64,000 nucleotides of DNA from an uncultured Actinomycetes bacterium. Lineage in GTDB: Bacteria > Actinomycetota > Actinomycetes > Streptosporangiales > Streptosporangiaceae. Of this stretch, positions 54,990-63,051 are shown piece by piece. Under the pieces are notes generated by a model. The model worked only from the letters and a program-made list of their open reading frames with translations, was not told where the DNA came from and ran no database searches. How positions within the stretch are numbered: position 1 is the first letter of the stretch; each line of letters begins with the position of its first letter. Location of the stretch: positions 38,924-102,923 of the forward strand of contig CAWGPP010000013.1 of assembly GCA_963824545.1 (NCBI GenBank). Direction: 5' to 3'. The position numbers and the translations under genes were made by a program.

Positions 54990-55141
54990 CTGAGGCCGGG
55001 GCTGCCCCGGCTTGTGCAGGCTGGCGTCTGGGGTAAGGGGTCTGCTGCCCAGTCATCCGATCCGCAGGCCAGGGCGGGCATCTCGGTGTGCGCTTCGCAT
55101 GGCATATCGCAGCTGACGAGACCCAAAACGGCCAATCTAGC

Positions 55142-55194
55142 ATATGGTTCCCAGAACCATATATTGACTGGCCCCCAGGTGACGCATGTATGCT
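55142..55194 (+). promoter_or_regulatory. 21-bp palindrome abutting a TTGACT / TATGCT promoter upstream of RHH paralog 2
   Basis: atatggttc-cca-gaaccatat (55142..55162), then TTGACT (55164..55169) and TATGCT (55189..55194). Confidence 0.45.
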
Positions 55195-55346
55195 AACAGT
55201 ACACGCAACGAGACAGGGCTGGCCTGCAATACAGGTGGGCCCTGTCTGCAACAGCTACAGCTTCACCTGACAACAGGTGTGCGCTGGTGATGCGGCGAGA
55301 GGGCCCTTGATGCGGATACCTGCTTGCCCTGAGAGGAGGAACCGCG

Positions 55347-55610
55347 ATGGCTACCAACGCGGGCAGTAGGGCGGAGAAGGACGATGGCACCCGGGCGCAG
55401 GGGGCGATAGACCGGATCACCGTTGCTCTGATCCGGAGGGCGGCAGAAGATCTCCAGGCCCTCCAGGACAGGACTGGCTATTCCAAGACGGACATTGTGA
55501 ACCGTGCGATCACGATGTACGAGTTCATCGACGCCCAGCAGAAGGCGGGGAAGGATCTGCTGGTGCGTGACCCGAAGACCGAGAAGACCGAGCTCGTCCG
55601 GTTCTTGTAG
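55347..55610 (+). CDS. ribbon-helix-helix-like small DNA-binding protein, island paralog 2
   Basis: 87 aa. GAGAGGAGG precedes the ATG. ITVALIRRAAEDLQALQDRTGYSKTDIVNRAITMYEFIDAQQKAGKDLLVRDPKTEKTELVRFL. Confidence 0.75.
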   Translation: MATNAGSRAEKDDGTRAQGAIDRITVALIRRAAEDLQALQDRTGYSKTDIVNRAITMYEFIDAQQKAGKDLLVRDPKTEKTELVRFL

Positions 55611-55750
55611 ACCGCGGCTGCTGGGCCGACAGGAACGGTCCCGGCCTGGTACGGCATTGTCAGTGCGGGCATGCAGGCCGTGGGAGGGTATCCAGGATCT
55701 GCCGTCACGCATGCGTATGGATGCCCTCCTGCCCTATAGCTCGATAACTG

Positions 55751-55788
55751 GCACCCACCTGGGCTTAGCCTGGATGTGGTGCTTTTTT
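55751..55788 (+). terminator. hairpin plus T6 tract downstream of RHH paralog 2
   Basis: gcacccac ... gtggtgc followed by tttttt. A T-run is rare in this high-GC DNA. Confidence 0.4.
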
Positions 55789-55816
55789 GCTGCTGGGTGC
55801 TCTCTGCTCCCAGGGA

Positions 55817-56128
55817 CTACTCGGGCATCCTCCCTTCTGCCTGGCCTGACTGATCCGGGGTCCGGGCCTGACTGGAGAGGGCAATCAGCGCTGCCCCCAC
55901 AAACGCGAGCCCAAGCTCGGCCATGGCCAGGACGGTAAGGCTGGAACTGGCACGCAACGTGAGAACCGCGCCAGCGATTCCCATCGTGACGCACGTCAGA
56001 ATCCCGAACGCACCGATGAAATGACTGGTTTCGGCGAACGGAACGGTTCCTTCTGCAGTTACCCGTGTGGGCTGGACCTCGATCTTGAGCTGGGCGGCTG
56101 GGGTAGGCCGCTCAGCGGGGTCGGTCAT
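55817..56128 (-). CDS. 103-aa 2-TM membrane protein F with N-terminal motif (PTPAAQLKIEVQP)
   Basis: AAGGAGG lies 8 nt before ATG 56128. Two hydrophobic helices (FIGAFGILTCVTMGIAGAVL, LAMAELGLAFVGAALIAL). Confidence 0.65.
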   Translation of the reverse strand: MTDPAERPTPAAQLKIEVQPTRVTAEGTVPFAETSHFIGAFGILTCVTMGIAGAVLTLRASSSLTVLAMAELGLAFVGAALIALSSQARTPDQSGQAEGRMPE

Positions 56129-56304
56129 TAAGGGGTGCCTCCTTGAGAGTCGGTAAAGGGGGCCCGGCGCGTGCATCTAGGTCGTAGAGACCGGGTGGAT
56201 GGCCGCCTGCAGCCATGCCGTGGTATGGCCTGGACTGCTCGTCGCCTGAGGGCATCGGTGACGAGCCCTCTGGAACGGCCTTAAGCAGCTGTTGACTGCT
56301 TCAA

Positions 56305-56334
56305 AAGCTAGTTTAATACATGTATAAGCTGCAA
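56305..56334 (-). promoter_or_regulatory. sigma70-like promoter for membrane protein F (TTGCAG-18-TAGCTT)
   Basis: Read on the minus strand in an AT-rich stretch that also contains the palindrome tacatgta. Confidence 0.35.
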
Positions 56335-56706
56335 TCTAGCCGTACGCAGCCGTGATGTACGGCCGACCAGGCAAGCGGGAGCGCGCGGCCGCCGACCAGG
56401 CGGCCTCGGGCCGCTGATGGCGAGTCCCAGAGTCGGGCAGCCCGGCCACGGCGCCTGCCGCACCCTTGATCTTCCTCTGTCTCACTGGCATGCCTTCGTG
56501 TGCCGGGACAACCTGCTCAGCGTCGTTCTGCCCCTTGAACAGGCCAGTTGGCCACCACTCAGATGTCCGCGCAGCGGGGGGCCTGATGGCACGCCGTACG
56601 GGGACGGCGGCCGCAAGCAGAAAGCAAGGAACCGTCACCATCCGGCGCCGGACCAGTCAGCACGCCCCGGGCGTATATCTGCTGTAAAAATTATGCTGAT
56701 TAGATG

Positions 56707-56735
56707 TTGTACTTGCTGAAGGGTGATGCTAGATT
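56707..56735 (+). promoter_or_regulatory. sigma70-like promoter TTGTAC-17-TAGATT (module copy 1)
   Basis: Preceded by ctgtaaaaa and tagatgttg. Homologous to the module at 63775..63830. Confidence 0.45.
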
Positions 56736-57194
56736 GATGGCAGAACGAAGGGAGGTTGAGCAGTAAGAGCTGTAAAATGAGCAGCTTGCGGCTGCCTCAT
56801 ACGTCACTTTCACCGTGCCCATCACCTGGGGCTACCAAGGAGGTGAACCCCCGCAGGGAAGCCAGGGACGCCGGTTCCGCTCCCACTTCGCCAGGCGGAG
56901 CCGGCGTCCCGCGGCGGCACCTGAACTATCGACCCATTCGTCAGCAGGCAAAGACATCCCGGGCTGGCCTGGCGGCCAGCCCTTCCCGCTAGCAGCAGGC
57001 CGGAAGGCCGGAAAGGAGAACGTCAATGACCACGATCTCTATTTATGAGCGCCATGGGCTGCCTGGTACGCCGGCCATGCCGGCTAGCCGCAGCAGCCCT
57101 GGGTGTCGCTACCGGGGCGCCCGGGCCCACGGAAGGGCGCGGGACCTCCCTGGTACTGGGATCTGGGCCGGGCTGCCCGAAAGGAGGAATCGTC

Positions 57195-57449
57195 ATGATC
57201 ACGCTGTACCTGATCATCGCGGTGGCGCTGGTCGCTGCCGGCGCCGTCGCGGGCTTCATGGTGGTGGTCTCGTGGGGAATTCATCGTGAGGAAGCCCGCT
57301 ACAGCATGACGATTCACCCGCCGGGCCGGGTCGCGGCCGGGGTGCGGGTCGCGAACGGCATGCACGCCCGCTTCCCGGGAGTCATCCAGGAAGCCCGGTA
57401 TTACCGCCAGGATTTCCGCCCTCCCGGTCCGGGGGCGACGATCCGGTGA
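57195..57449 (+). CDS. 84-aa single-TM small protein
   Basis: AAGGAGG lies 7 nt before the ATG. MITLYLIIAVALVAAGAVAGFMVVVSW... An in-frame upstream ATG at 57045 would give 134 aa. Confidence 0.6.
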   Translation: MITLYLIIAVALVAAGAVAGFMVVVSWGIHREEARYSMTIHPPGRVAAGVRVANGMHARFPGVIQEARYYRQDFRPPGPGATIR

Positions 57450-57593
57450 TCGTGGCTTGTGCCTGCGGAGGCCAGCAGCTGGCCGGGGCGTCTAAGGCCT
57501 CGGCCAGCTGCCCTGACGGCGTCGCGGGATAACAAAGTGGACAGCGTCCACTAAATGCCGGGGGGCTCGCGATGAGCAGGAACAGGACTGGGG

Positions 57594-58034
57594 ATGCGGC
57601 GGGCCCAGCGCTCACCGCGCGTGTTCGACGCGTCGGCAACGCAGGCGCGCCGGTGGTGGAACCTCGCCGCGATCGCCCGCGACCTGGACGGCACGGTCGC
57701 CCTCTACGCCGACCGCAGCGACGAGGACCCGAATACAGTCAGCACATCGGTGCAGTCCTCCTCGACGGCCTACGCTGCGGAGCTACGCGGCGGCCTCCCA
57801 CGCGCTGACTTCGGCAACGCCGCTCCTCGGCGAGGCGTGAGTGCACCCAAATGCGGGAGCGGACCCGCACGGACAGCCGCCTCACCGTCAGCACCGACGT
57901 GCAGGGTGCGCCAGTGCGGGCTGCCGCATCACGACCATCGTAGGGCGGGGTTGCTCTGGGTGGTCAAAGTAGCGCATATCGTGACAGCCCGGGGAGCTCC
58001 TGGACGGGCATGCCGATCCCCTCGCCGGCGCTGA
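57594..58034 (+). CDS. hypothetical protein with degenerate motif copy (STAYAAELRGGLP); possibly decayed
   Basis: Good GC3 only in the first ~80 codons. Motif-like segment at 57762..57800. The 3' part looks non-coding. Confidence 0.3.
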   Translation: MRRAQRSPRVFDASATQARRWWNLAAIARDLDGTVALYADRSDEDPNTVSTSVQSSSTAYAAELRGGLPRADFGNAAPRRGVSAPKCGSGPARTAASPSAPTCRVRQCGLPHHDHRRAGLLWVVKVAHIVTARGAPGRACRSPRRR

Positions 58035-58111
58035 TGGAGCACATCGGGACCCGGTTCCGTAGGGCGGTGGCGTCTTACCCGTCATCCAACGGGATCCGTG
58101 GGTGAGGTCCG

Positions 58112-58323
58112 GTGACCTGCTACCTGGACCTCGGCCGCCCGGAGAACGTCGAGATCATCTTCGGCCGGCCCCTGCACCCCCCGGCCAGATGGCCTACGAC
58201 CTGCGCAGGCTTCGCCTCGCCAGCCTCATCAGGCGCATCGAGGCACCCGACGGCATTCTTCTGGCCGCTCGGGGTTTCCTGGACGCTCCCCTGAAGGGTA
58301 TGATGACGCTTGTCGACGTTTGA
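58112..58323 (+). pseudogene. frameshifted, internally deleted remnant of a multi-copy actinobacterial hypothetical-protein family
   Basis: The two frames read YLDLGRPENVEIIFGR and QMAYDLRRLRLASLIRRIEAPDG. From memory, these strings lie over 100 aa apart in intact family members. Confidence 0.4.
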
Positions 58324-58468
58324 AGACATACGTAGACGGGCTAGAAATGGCGATCAGCGGCGAAGCCCAGCGCGCGAGACAACTGCATGAAGGGAAGGGT
58401 CATGACCGGACACTGCGTGAGTCCCGGCGTCACCAGCAAACCGGGAAACGGATTGTCACGGAAAGTAA

Positions 58469-58485
58469 CCTTAAGGACCTTAAGG
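58469..58485. promoter_or_regulatory. two tandem palindromic octamers CCTTAAGG-A-CCTTAAGG
   Basis: Located 23 nt upstream of ATG 58508. Confidence 0.4.
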
Positions 58486-58507
58486 AAGAGAAAGAGAAGC
58501 AGGCCCA

Positions 58508-58891
58508 ATGAACATCTCCGATCCAGCCGTCCCCTCCGGCCGGGATGACGAGGAACCTACCTCTGCCGCGGAACTTGTGATCCTCCCGGCCCGCATTTTC
58601 GGCCGTTTGAAAGGCAGCCGGAACCGCGAGACGGGAAGGCGCCCGCCGCGCTGGCCGCGAGTGCGCCTGCACTCAGCGGCGCCGCAGGCCCGCGTTAAGA
58701 ACTCCGCTTCCGCCGTACCCGCGCAGGCAGATCCGCCCGCCGCGGAGGCGCCCACAACTGCCGCGGAGCTCACGGTGATCCTCCTGCCTTATTCTTTTGC
58801 CCGCAGGCCCTGCCAGGCTGGGCCGAAGAACGGAAGAGCAGGACAAAGCCCGCGCCGATGGACGCGGCCGCCCGGCTCCGGTCCGCCGTGA
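58508..58891 (+). CDS. 127-aa basic protein carrying two motif copies (PTSAAELVILP, PTTAAELTVILLP)
   Basis: Purine-rich GAGAAAGAGAAG precedes the ATG. Motifs at 58556..58588 and 58751..58789. Upstream of the tandem-Phd gene. Confidence 0.55.
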   Translation: MNISDPAVPSGRDDEEPTSAAELVILPARIFGRLKGSRNRETGRRPPRWPRVRLHSAAPQARVKNSASAVPAQADPPAAEAPTTAAELTVILLPYSFARRPCQAGPKNGRAGQSPRRWTRPPGSGPP

Positions 58892-58961
58892 CCGGCAGGG
58901 CGTTTGGGGGGCAGCACCCGAGAGGCCTAGCCTGGGTGCGTTGCACAGGAAGAGCGTTGCC

Positions 58962-59711
58962 ATGGAAACAATCAGCATCCGCAACCTGCGAGGGAAGGCA
59001 CTTCGCGAGAAAGCAGCGAGCGGCAAGCCGCTAGCGATAACTAACCACCGTGCCCTGATCGGTGTCCTCATTCCCGTCGCGGCGGCCTGGGTCGAGCAGC
59101 TCATTGACTACAACTGGTCACACGTCCGGCAGAGCATCGCGGAAGGCGACCGGGCGCTCGCGGAAGGCCAGCCGATGATCAGGCTGGAGGACGTGTTTCC
59201 CGCCGTCGGCGATTCTGCCCCCGGCCCGGGGCCCGTACCTGATATGCCGGAAACAATGGCGGCGCCGCTCTTCGCGGCACTGACCGGTGAGGCGCTTGCC
59301 CAGTCTGCTGGGGGCCAGGAGGTTCTCGAGCAGCTGCGATCGGCGCTAGCTCCTCCCCGGCCACACGGAGCCGAGGGAGATAGCCCGACGTCCGTGCGTA
59401 CCGTGCGGATCGGTGACCTCTCCGCTGGTCTGATCGAAAAGGCGGGTCAGGCGGGACAGACGCTGGCGATTACGCATGAGCGGGAGCTAATCGGGATCAT
59501 GATCCCTGTCACCCAGGGGCTGGTGGAATTCCTCATCGAGCAGAACGTTTCCCGCGCCCTAGCCAACATCACCCGCGGTGAAATGCAGCTCCGGGTCACC
59601 GGCAAGCTGACCAGTCTCGATGAGGTACTTGATCCGCCGGAGAAGAATCCAGGCTCGCCCTCCCCGCCAGCGGCCGCTTCCAGGGATGACTGCGCCGCGG
59701 CCCAACCTTGA
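58962..59711 (+). CDS. single-chain tandem Phd/YefM-like antitoxin-fold protein
   Basis: Two internal repeats: METISIRNLRGKALREKAASGKPLAITNHRALIGVLIPV..WVEQLIDYNWSHVRQSIAEGD and VRTVRIGDLSAGLIEKAGQAGQTLAITHERELIGIMIPV..LVEFLIEQNVSRALANITRGE. Confidence 0.6.
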   Translation: METISIRNLRGKALREKAASGKPLAITNHRALIGVLIPVAAAWVEQLIDYNWSHVRQSIAEGDRALAEGQPMIRLEDVFPAVGDSAPGPGPVPDMPETMAAPLFAALTGEALAQSAGGQEVLEQLRSALAPPRPHGAEGDSPTSVRTVRIGDLSAGLIEKAGQAGQTLAITHERELIGIMIPVTQGLVEFLIEQNVSRALANITRGEMQLRVTGKLTSLDEVLDPPEKNPGSPSPPAAASRDDCAAAQP

Positions 59712-59799
59712 TAAGGTGGCCTGGCGTTTCCCGCAGCAGCGAGATTGTGAAGGTTCCGGCATCCCGGCGGAAGCCCCCTCCGGGGAACGCTGACCCGGG

Positions 59800-60225
59800 T
59801 TACGGCAGGCGCGGCGGCACAGAACGGGTGAACGCCGCCGTGGCCGACAAGATGTCGAAGACATAGACGCCCTTGTCGGCAGCATACCCATGCTCGTGCC
59901 GCCACCACTTAAGCTCATGGCTGTCCATAGGGCGGTGAACCGCCGTATAGCCTCCATGGCTGAGTGGAGTGGCGGTGTAGATCACGCCGTCCGGCGCCGC
60001 CTCGGCAGAGCGGCCCCGCCAAGCCCGCATATCGGAGTCATACCGGACTTCCATATGGGCATTCGGGCCTGCTATGAGTTCGTGCCGCAACGCTTCGCCG
60101 AGTTGACGCCGGCGTTCCCCCGTCAGGCGCAAGATCGCCACGAGCGCCGCCGGCCCCAGCGCCACTTCGTAGGCATGCGTTAACCCAGCATGCGTCATCA
60201 ATCCGCCCCCCAAGATCTTTAACAT
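59800..60225 (-). CDS. hypothetical 141-aa protein, weakly RelE/ParE-like in pattern
   Basis: AAGGTGGGG precedes ATG 60225. Convergent with the tandem-Phd gene and downstream of membrane protein D. No firm motif. Confidence 0.4.
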   Translation of the reverse strand: MLKILGGGLMTHAGLTHAYEVALGPAALVAILRLTGERRRQLGEALRHELIAGPNAHMEVRYDSDMRAWRGRSAEAAPDGVIYTATPLSHGGYTAVHRPMDSHELKWWRHEHGYAADKGVYVFDILSATAAFTRSVPPRLP

Positions 60226-60461
60226 CCTGCCCCACCTTATGAGCAGAAAGAATAAAGCCTGAGACAAGCTCACGACAATGATGTGAGAAAATCGGCAATC
60301 AAGCCAAAGGTGACAATAACTGATAAATCATCTCATTTCATTAACTCATGCTGACCCGCTTGCAGCACCGACGGTGACGTGCCCGCTGGCCGGCTGATGC
60401 AGACCAAGGGCACATCTTCCAGCGTCGCGGGGTCGCGGGCGGCCGCCGCCGCGTCGGCGGC

Positions 60462-60899
60462 TTACTTCGCCCGGTGAAGCGCACGGACAATGGCAAAGAC
60501 GCCGGCCGGTAGCAACAGGCCCCCGATGGTCACCCACGCCGGTGCGCCGACGGCCGCGGCGGTGCCCGCGATGAAACAGCCGGAAATAGTAAGCAGGACA
60601 GCGGCGATGGCCGTGGCCAGCGAAGATCCGCCGAATGTCTCTGTGCCCAGCTTTATAGACATTCCGCCGAGCCAGCCCGGGGCCTTGAACTCGAAGTTGC
60701 ACCGCTCGGGCAGAAGGACCACATGGAGTTCGGCCTTGGCGCTGGGCTGTTCGTCCCCGGCCGGCCTCTGCGGGGGGTGCGGGCTGGGTACGGCGGGGGG
60801 CCTGGCCACGGCTAGCTCTTCCGCGGACAGGTCAGCGGCCCGTGCAGGAGCACTGGCCGGCGTATGTACATGGAACCTCCTGTTGAGACGGTGTGCCAT
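60462..60899 (-). CDS. 145-aa 2-TM membrane protein D with motif copies (PSAKAELHVVLLP and degenerate SAEELAVARPP)
   Basis: Motif at 60708..60746, then ~25 aa and two hydrophobic helices (LATAIAAVLLTISGCFIAG, WVTIGGLLLPAGVFAIV). Same architecture as 55817..56128. Confidence 0.6.
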   Translation of the reverse strand: MAHRLNRRFHVHTPASAPARAADLSAEELAVARPPAVPSPHPPQRPAGDEQPSAKAELHVVLLPERCNFEFKAPGWLGGMSIKLGTETFGGSSLATAIAAVLLTISGCFIAGTAAAVGAPAWVTIGGLLLPAGVFAIVRALHRAK

Positions 60900-61048
60900 G
60901 GATACGCATAGAATATCTGTAAACTAGCTGGAAGACAAGCAGTGATTAACTGCGTTCACCGTCCTAACCCGATGAACGGGCGCCGAGCGGCCCCTCTGCG
61001 GAGCTCTGCACGGTGCAAAGGCCTGTGTCGGCTGCCGCTGCCGATTAT

Positions 61049-62506
61049 TTATCCGGCGGCGGCGGGAGCGGCGGCAGCGGCGCGTCGAGAACTGGGCCCG
61101 CAGCTGTCGAGCCGCAGTGCGTGCTCGATGAAGCTCTCCAGTACGCACACGGCGACGGCCTCAGCTCCCAGCAGTGCGGCATCCTGTGGGTTCGCCGGGA
61201 ATGGACGGACCCTGAGGTAATCGGGATCGCTGCTTCCCGCGAACGCCCGGGTGACCTCTGTTCTGACCGCGGCGAGGTAAGCGGCGGCAGCGGTATCGGG
61301 CTTCGGTTCAGCGAGGGCGGCAGGCAGGTAAGTGATGATCCTGTTGGGATTGACGGTGTTACTGACATGGGCCAGGGCGCGGCCAAGAGCAGCGCCGCTA
61401 CGCGCGAAGATCTCCTGTGCTCGCTGGAACTCCGGGCTGAGCGAATCGATCTCGCTTATCTGCTCCAGGGTGCCGCCGAGTTCCTCCTCGATTCGGCGCG
61501 GAGGCGCAAACGTGTCGACATGCCCGAACTGACCGCAGGGGCAGCGCGCCTTGAATCCACTGCCCATAGGGTCCTGAGATTCGGGCTCCTGGCCCGGGGC
61601 GAAGCCGACGGCGAGATGGCCTATTTCCATGGCCCGGCCATTGCCCCCCCGGCGCAGCCGGCCGTCCATGACCAGGCCGCCGCCGACTCCCTCATCAAAG
61701 ACACCGACCACTACGAGATCCGGCTCGGTGTAGTGGATCTGCTGGGTGGCCAGCACCGCCAAGGCGTTGACGTCGTTCTCAACTATCACGGGGATGGGCC
61801 GCTCGAAGCACGGGTCAGCCTCGAAGAGGTGGTGCAGCTTCTCTGCCAGCGAGACGGGACGCACGGACCGGTCGTTCGACTGCGGCATGACCTGGCCGTT
61901 ATAAGCGGGTGCCGCAACTTCCACACCCATCCCGAACAGCCGCAATGGTTCCAGCCCGCGGTCTGCTCTGTCCTTGTCACACGCGTTCTTGAGCAACGTC
62001 ACGTGCCGGTGTGCGAGTTCAGCTACCTGGTCCCAGCTGTCAGCCGGGTCGTGGGCTTTGCCGAGCACTCGCGAGCTGTCCAGCCCGAACAACGCTGTTG
62101 TTACGTGCGTAGGCCGTTCTTTGGCCTGCATCACCTTTACCCCTGCGGTCGCATACAGGCTCCCCAGGCGAAGCGGTGAGAGGGTCCGGCCATCGGAGTT
62201 GCGCAGGAGCTTCTCGCCGTCTTCAAGCAGGCCCTCGTCGATCAGTGCCTTTACTGCCTTGCTGACCGTGCCTTGGGGAATAGCGCGCTGGTCGACGACG
62301 CGGCGGGCCGCGGGGTTACCGGCCGAGATCTGCACCCGGGATGTCTCCTCCGGCGCCCGCAAGGATGTGCGCGCCAGCACCTCGCCCAGGACCTCCTGGC
62401 CAATGCCCGAGTGCCTGACGAGTTTGTCCAGCAGATGCTGAAACTGGTCGTGCTGCATAGCCAGACCACCCTGCTCCCGCGGCCCATGAACGATCTCTGT
62501 AGGCAT
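61049..62506 (-). CDS. ROK family transcriptional regulator
   Basis: 485 aa with N-terminal wHTH (VSKAVKALIDEGLLEDG), a ROK sugar-kinase fold (DEGVGGGLVMDGRLRRG) and zinc motif CPCGQFGHVD. Confidence 0.8.
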   Translation of the reverse strand: MPTEIVHGPREQGGLAMQHDQFQHLLDKLVRHSGIGQEVLGEVLARTSLRAPEETSRVQISAGNPAARRVVDQRAIPQGTVSKAVKALIDEGLLEDGEKLLRNSDGRTLSPLRLGSLYATAGVKVMQAKERPTHVTTALFGLDSSRVLGKAHDPADSWDQVAELAHRHVTLLKNACDKDRADRGLEPLRLFGMGVEVAAPAYNGQVMPQSNDRSVRPVSLAEKLHHLFEADPCFERPIPVIVENDVNALAVLATQQIHYTEPDLVVVGVFDEGVGGGLVMDGRLRRGGNGRAMEIGHLAVGFAPGQEPESQDPMGSGFKARCPCGQFGHVDTFAPPRRIEEELGGTLEQISEIDSLSPEFQRAQEIFARSGAALGRALAHVSNTVNPNRIITYLPAALAEPKPDTAAAAYLAAVRTEVTRAFAGSSDPDYLRVRPFPANPQDAALLGAEAVAVCVLESFIEHALRLDSCGPSSRRAAAAAPAAAG

Positions 62507-62576
62507 ATTATTCCCAACTGAGATAATGGGAAAACGAGGCTTGCAAAAAGATCTTTAGCTTTTTCCGGCATCCGAC

Positions 62577-62605
62577 TTGCAGTGAGAATGTCATGTGAGT
62601 AGGTT
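62577..62605 (+). promoter_or_regulatory. sigma70-like promoter TTGCAG-17-TAGGTT upstream of motif protein G
   Basis: Exact 17-nt spacer. Divergent from the ROK gene. Confidence 0.4.
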
Positions 62606-62658
62606 CATATTACCCTGCTCGACCGCGCGGGGCGAACAAACAGAGGGGAGCGGCGACG

Positions 62659-62838
62659 GTGAAGTGCTCACAGGAGGGAACGACCGCCACCCGGCGAGCA
62701 CGGGCCGGCTGCCCTACGCGGGCCGTGCACGCCAGGGGAGGCGACTCATCCAGGCAAGAACGACCGGGCGGCGAGGAGCCAACGTTGTCCGCGGAGATGA
62801 CGATCAGGGTCGTGCCCATCCCGGACGAGGACGCATAG
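62659..62838 (+). CDS. 59-aa motif protein G (EEPTLSAEMTIRVVPIP, C-terminal)
   Basis: Not in the ORF track (59 aa). GTG start lies 9 nt after GAGGGGAG. Ends ...QERPGGEEPTLSAEMTIRVVPIPDEDA. The listed minus ORF 62610..62939 is its antisense. Confidence 0.45.
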   Translation: MKCSQEGTTATRRARAGCPTRAVHARGGDSSRQERPGGEEPTLSAEMTIRVVPIPDEDA

Positions 62839-63051
62839 GCACCAGCCCCCCGCGGCCAGCCAGCGGCAGCTGCCCACAGCAGTGATAGGGCATCAAGGGC
62901 GGCCCAGCAGGGACGCCGTCCCCAGAGTCTCGAAGGCATCTCAGCGGCGCCGCCGAACGGCTTGCCTCGCTGCGTGCACAGAAAGGGGCCTTCCCCGCGG
63001 CACCAAAGCGGCAGGGATTTCCCTCTGGCGTCTGATCCCCCGTGAAGCCAG

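Noticed and set aside
56336-56719. ORFs 56336..56641 (-) and 56417..56719 (+) between membrane protein F and promoter module 1.
   Set aside because: Neither has a ribosome-binding site or a recognisable domain, and they overlap each other. The plus-frame segment NLLSVVLPLEQ is only vaguely motif-like. The coding status of this ~370-bp stretch is left open.
57026-57289. 87-aa ORF starting at an ATG with an ideal GGAAAGGAG-N7 RBS (MTTISIYERHGLPG...).
   Set aside because: After about 15 codons the translation becomes Arg/Gly-rich. It overlaps, out of frame, the clearly coding 57195..57449 TM gene. It may be a short upstream ORF or a decayed gene start, and I could not decide.
62610-62939. 109-aa minus-strand ORF downstream of RHH paralog 3 containing GTTLIVISADN.
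   Set aside because: It is the antisense translation of the plus-strand motif copy (EEPTLSAEMTIRVVPIP). The plus-strand ORF has a promoter, an RBS and the full motif context.
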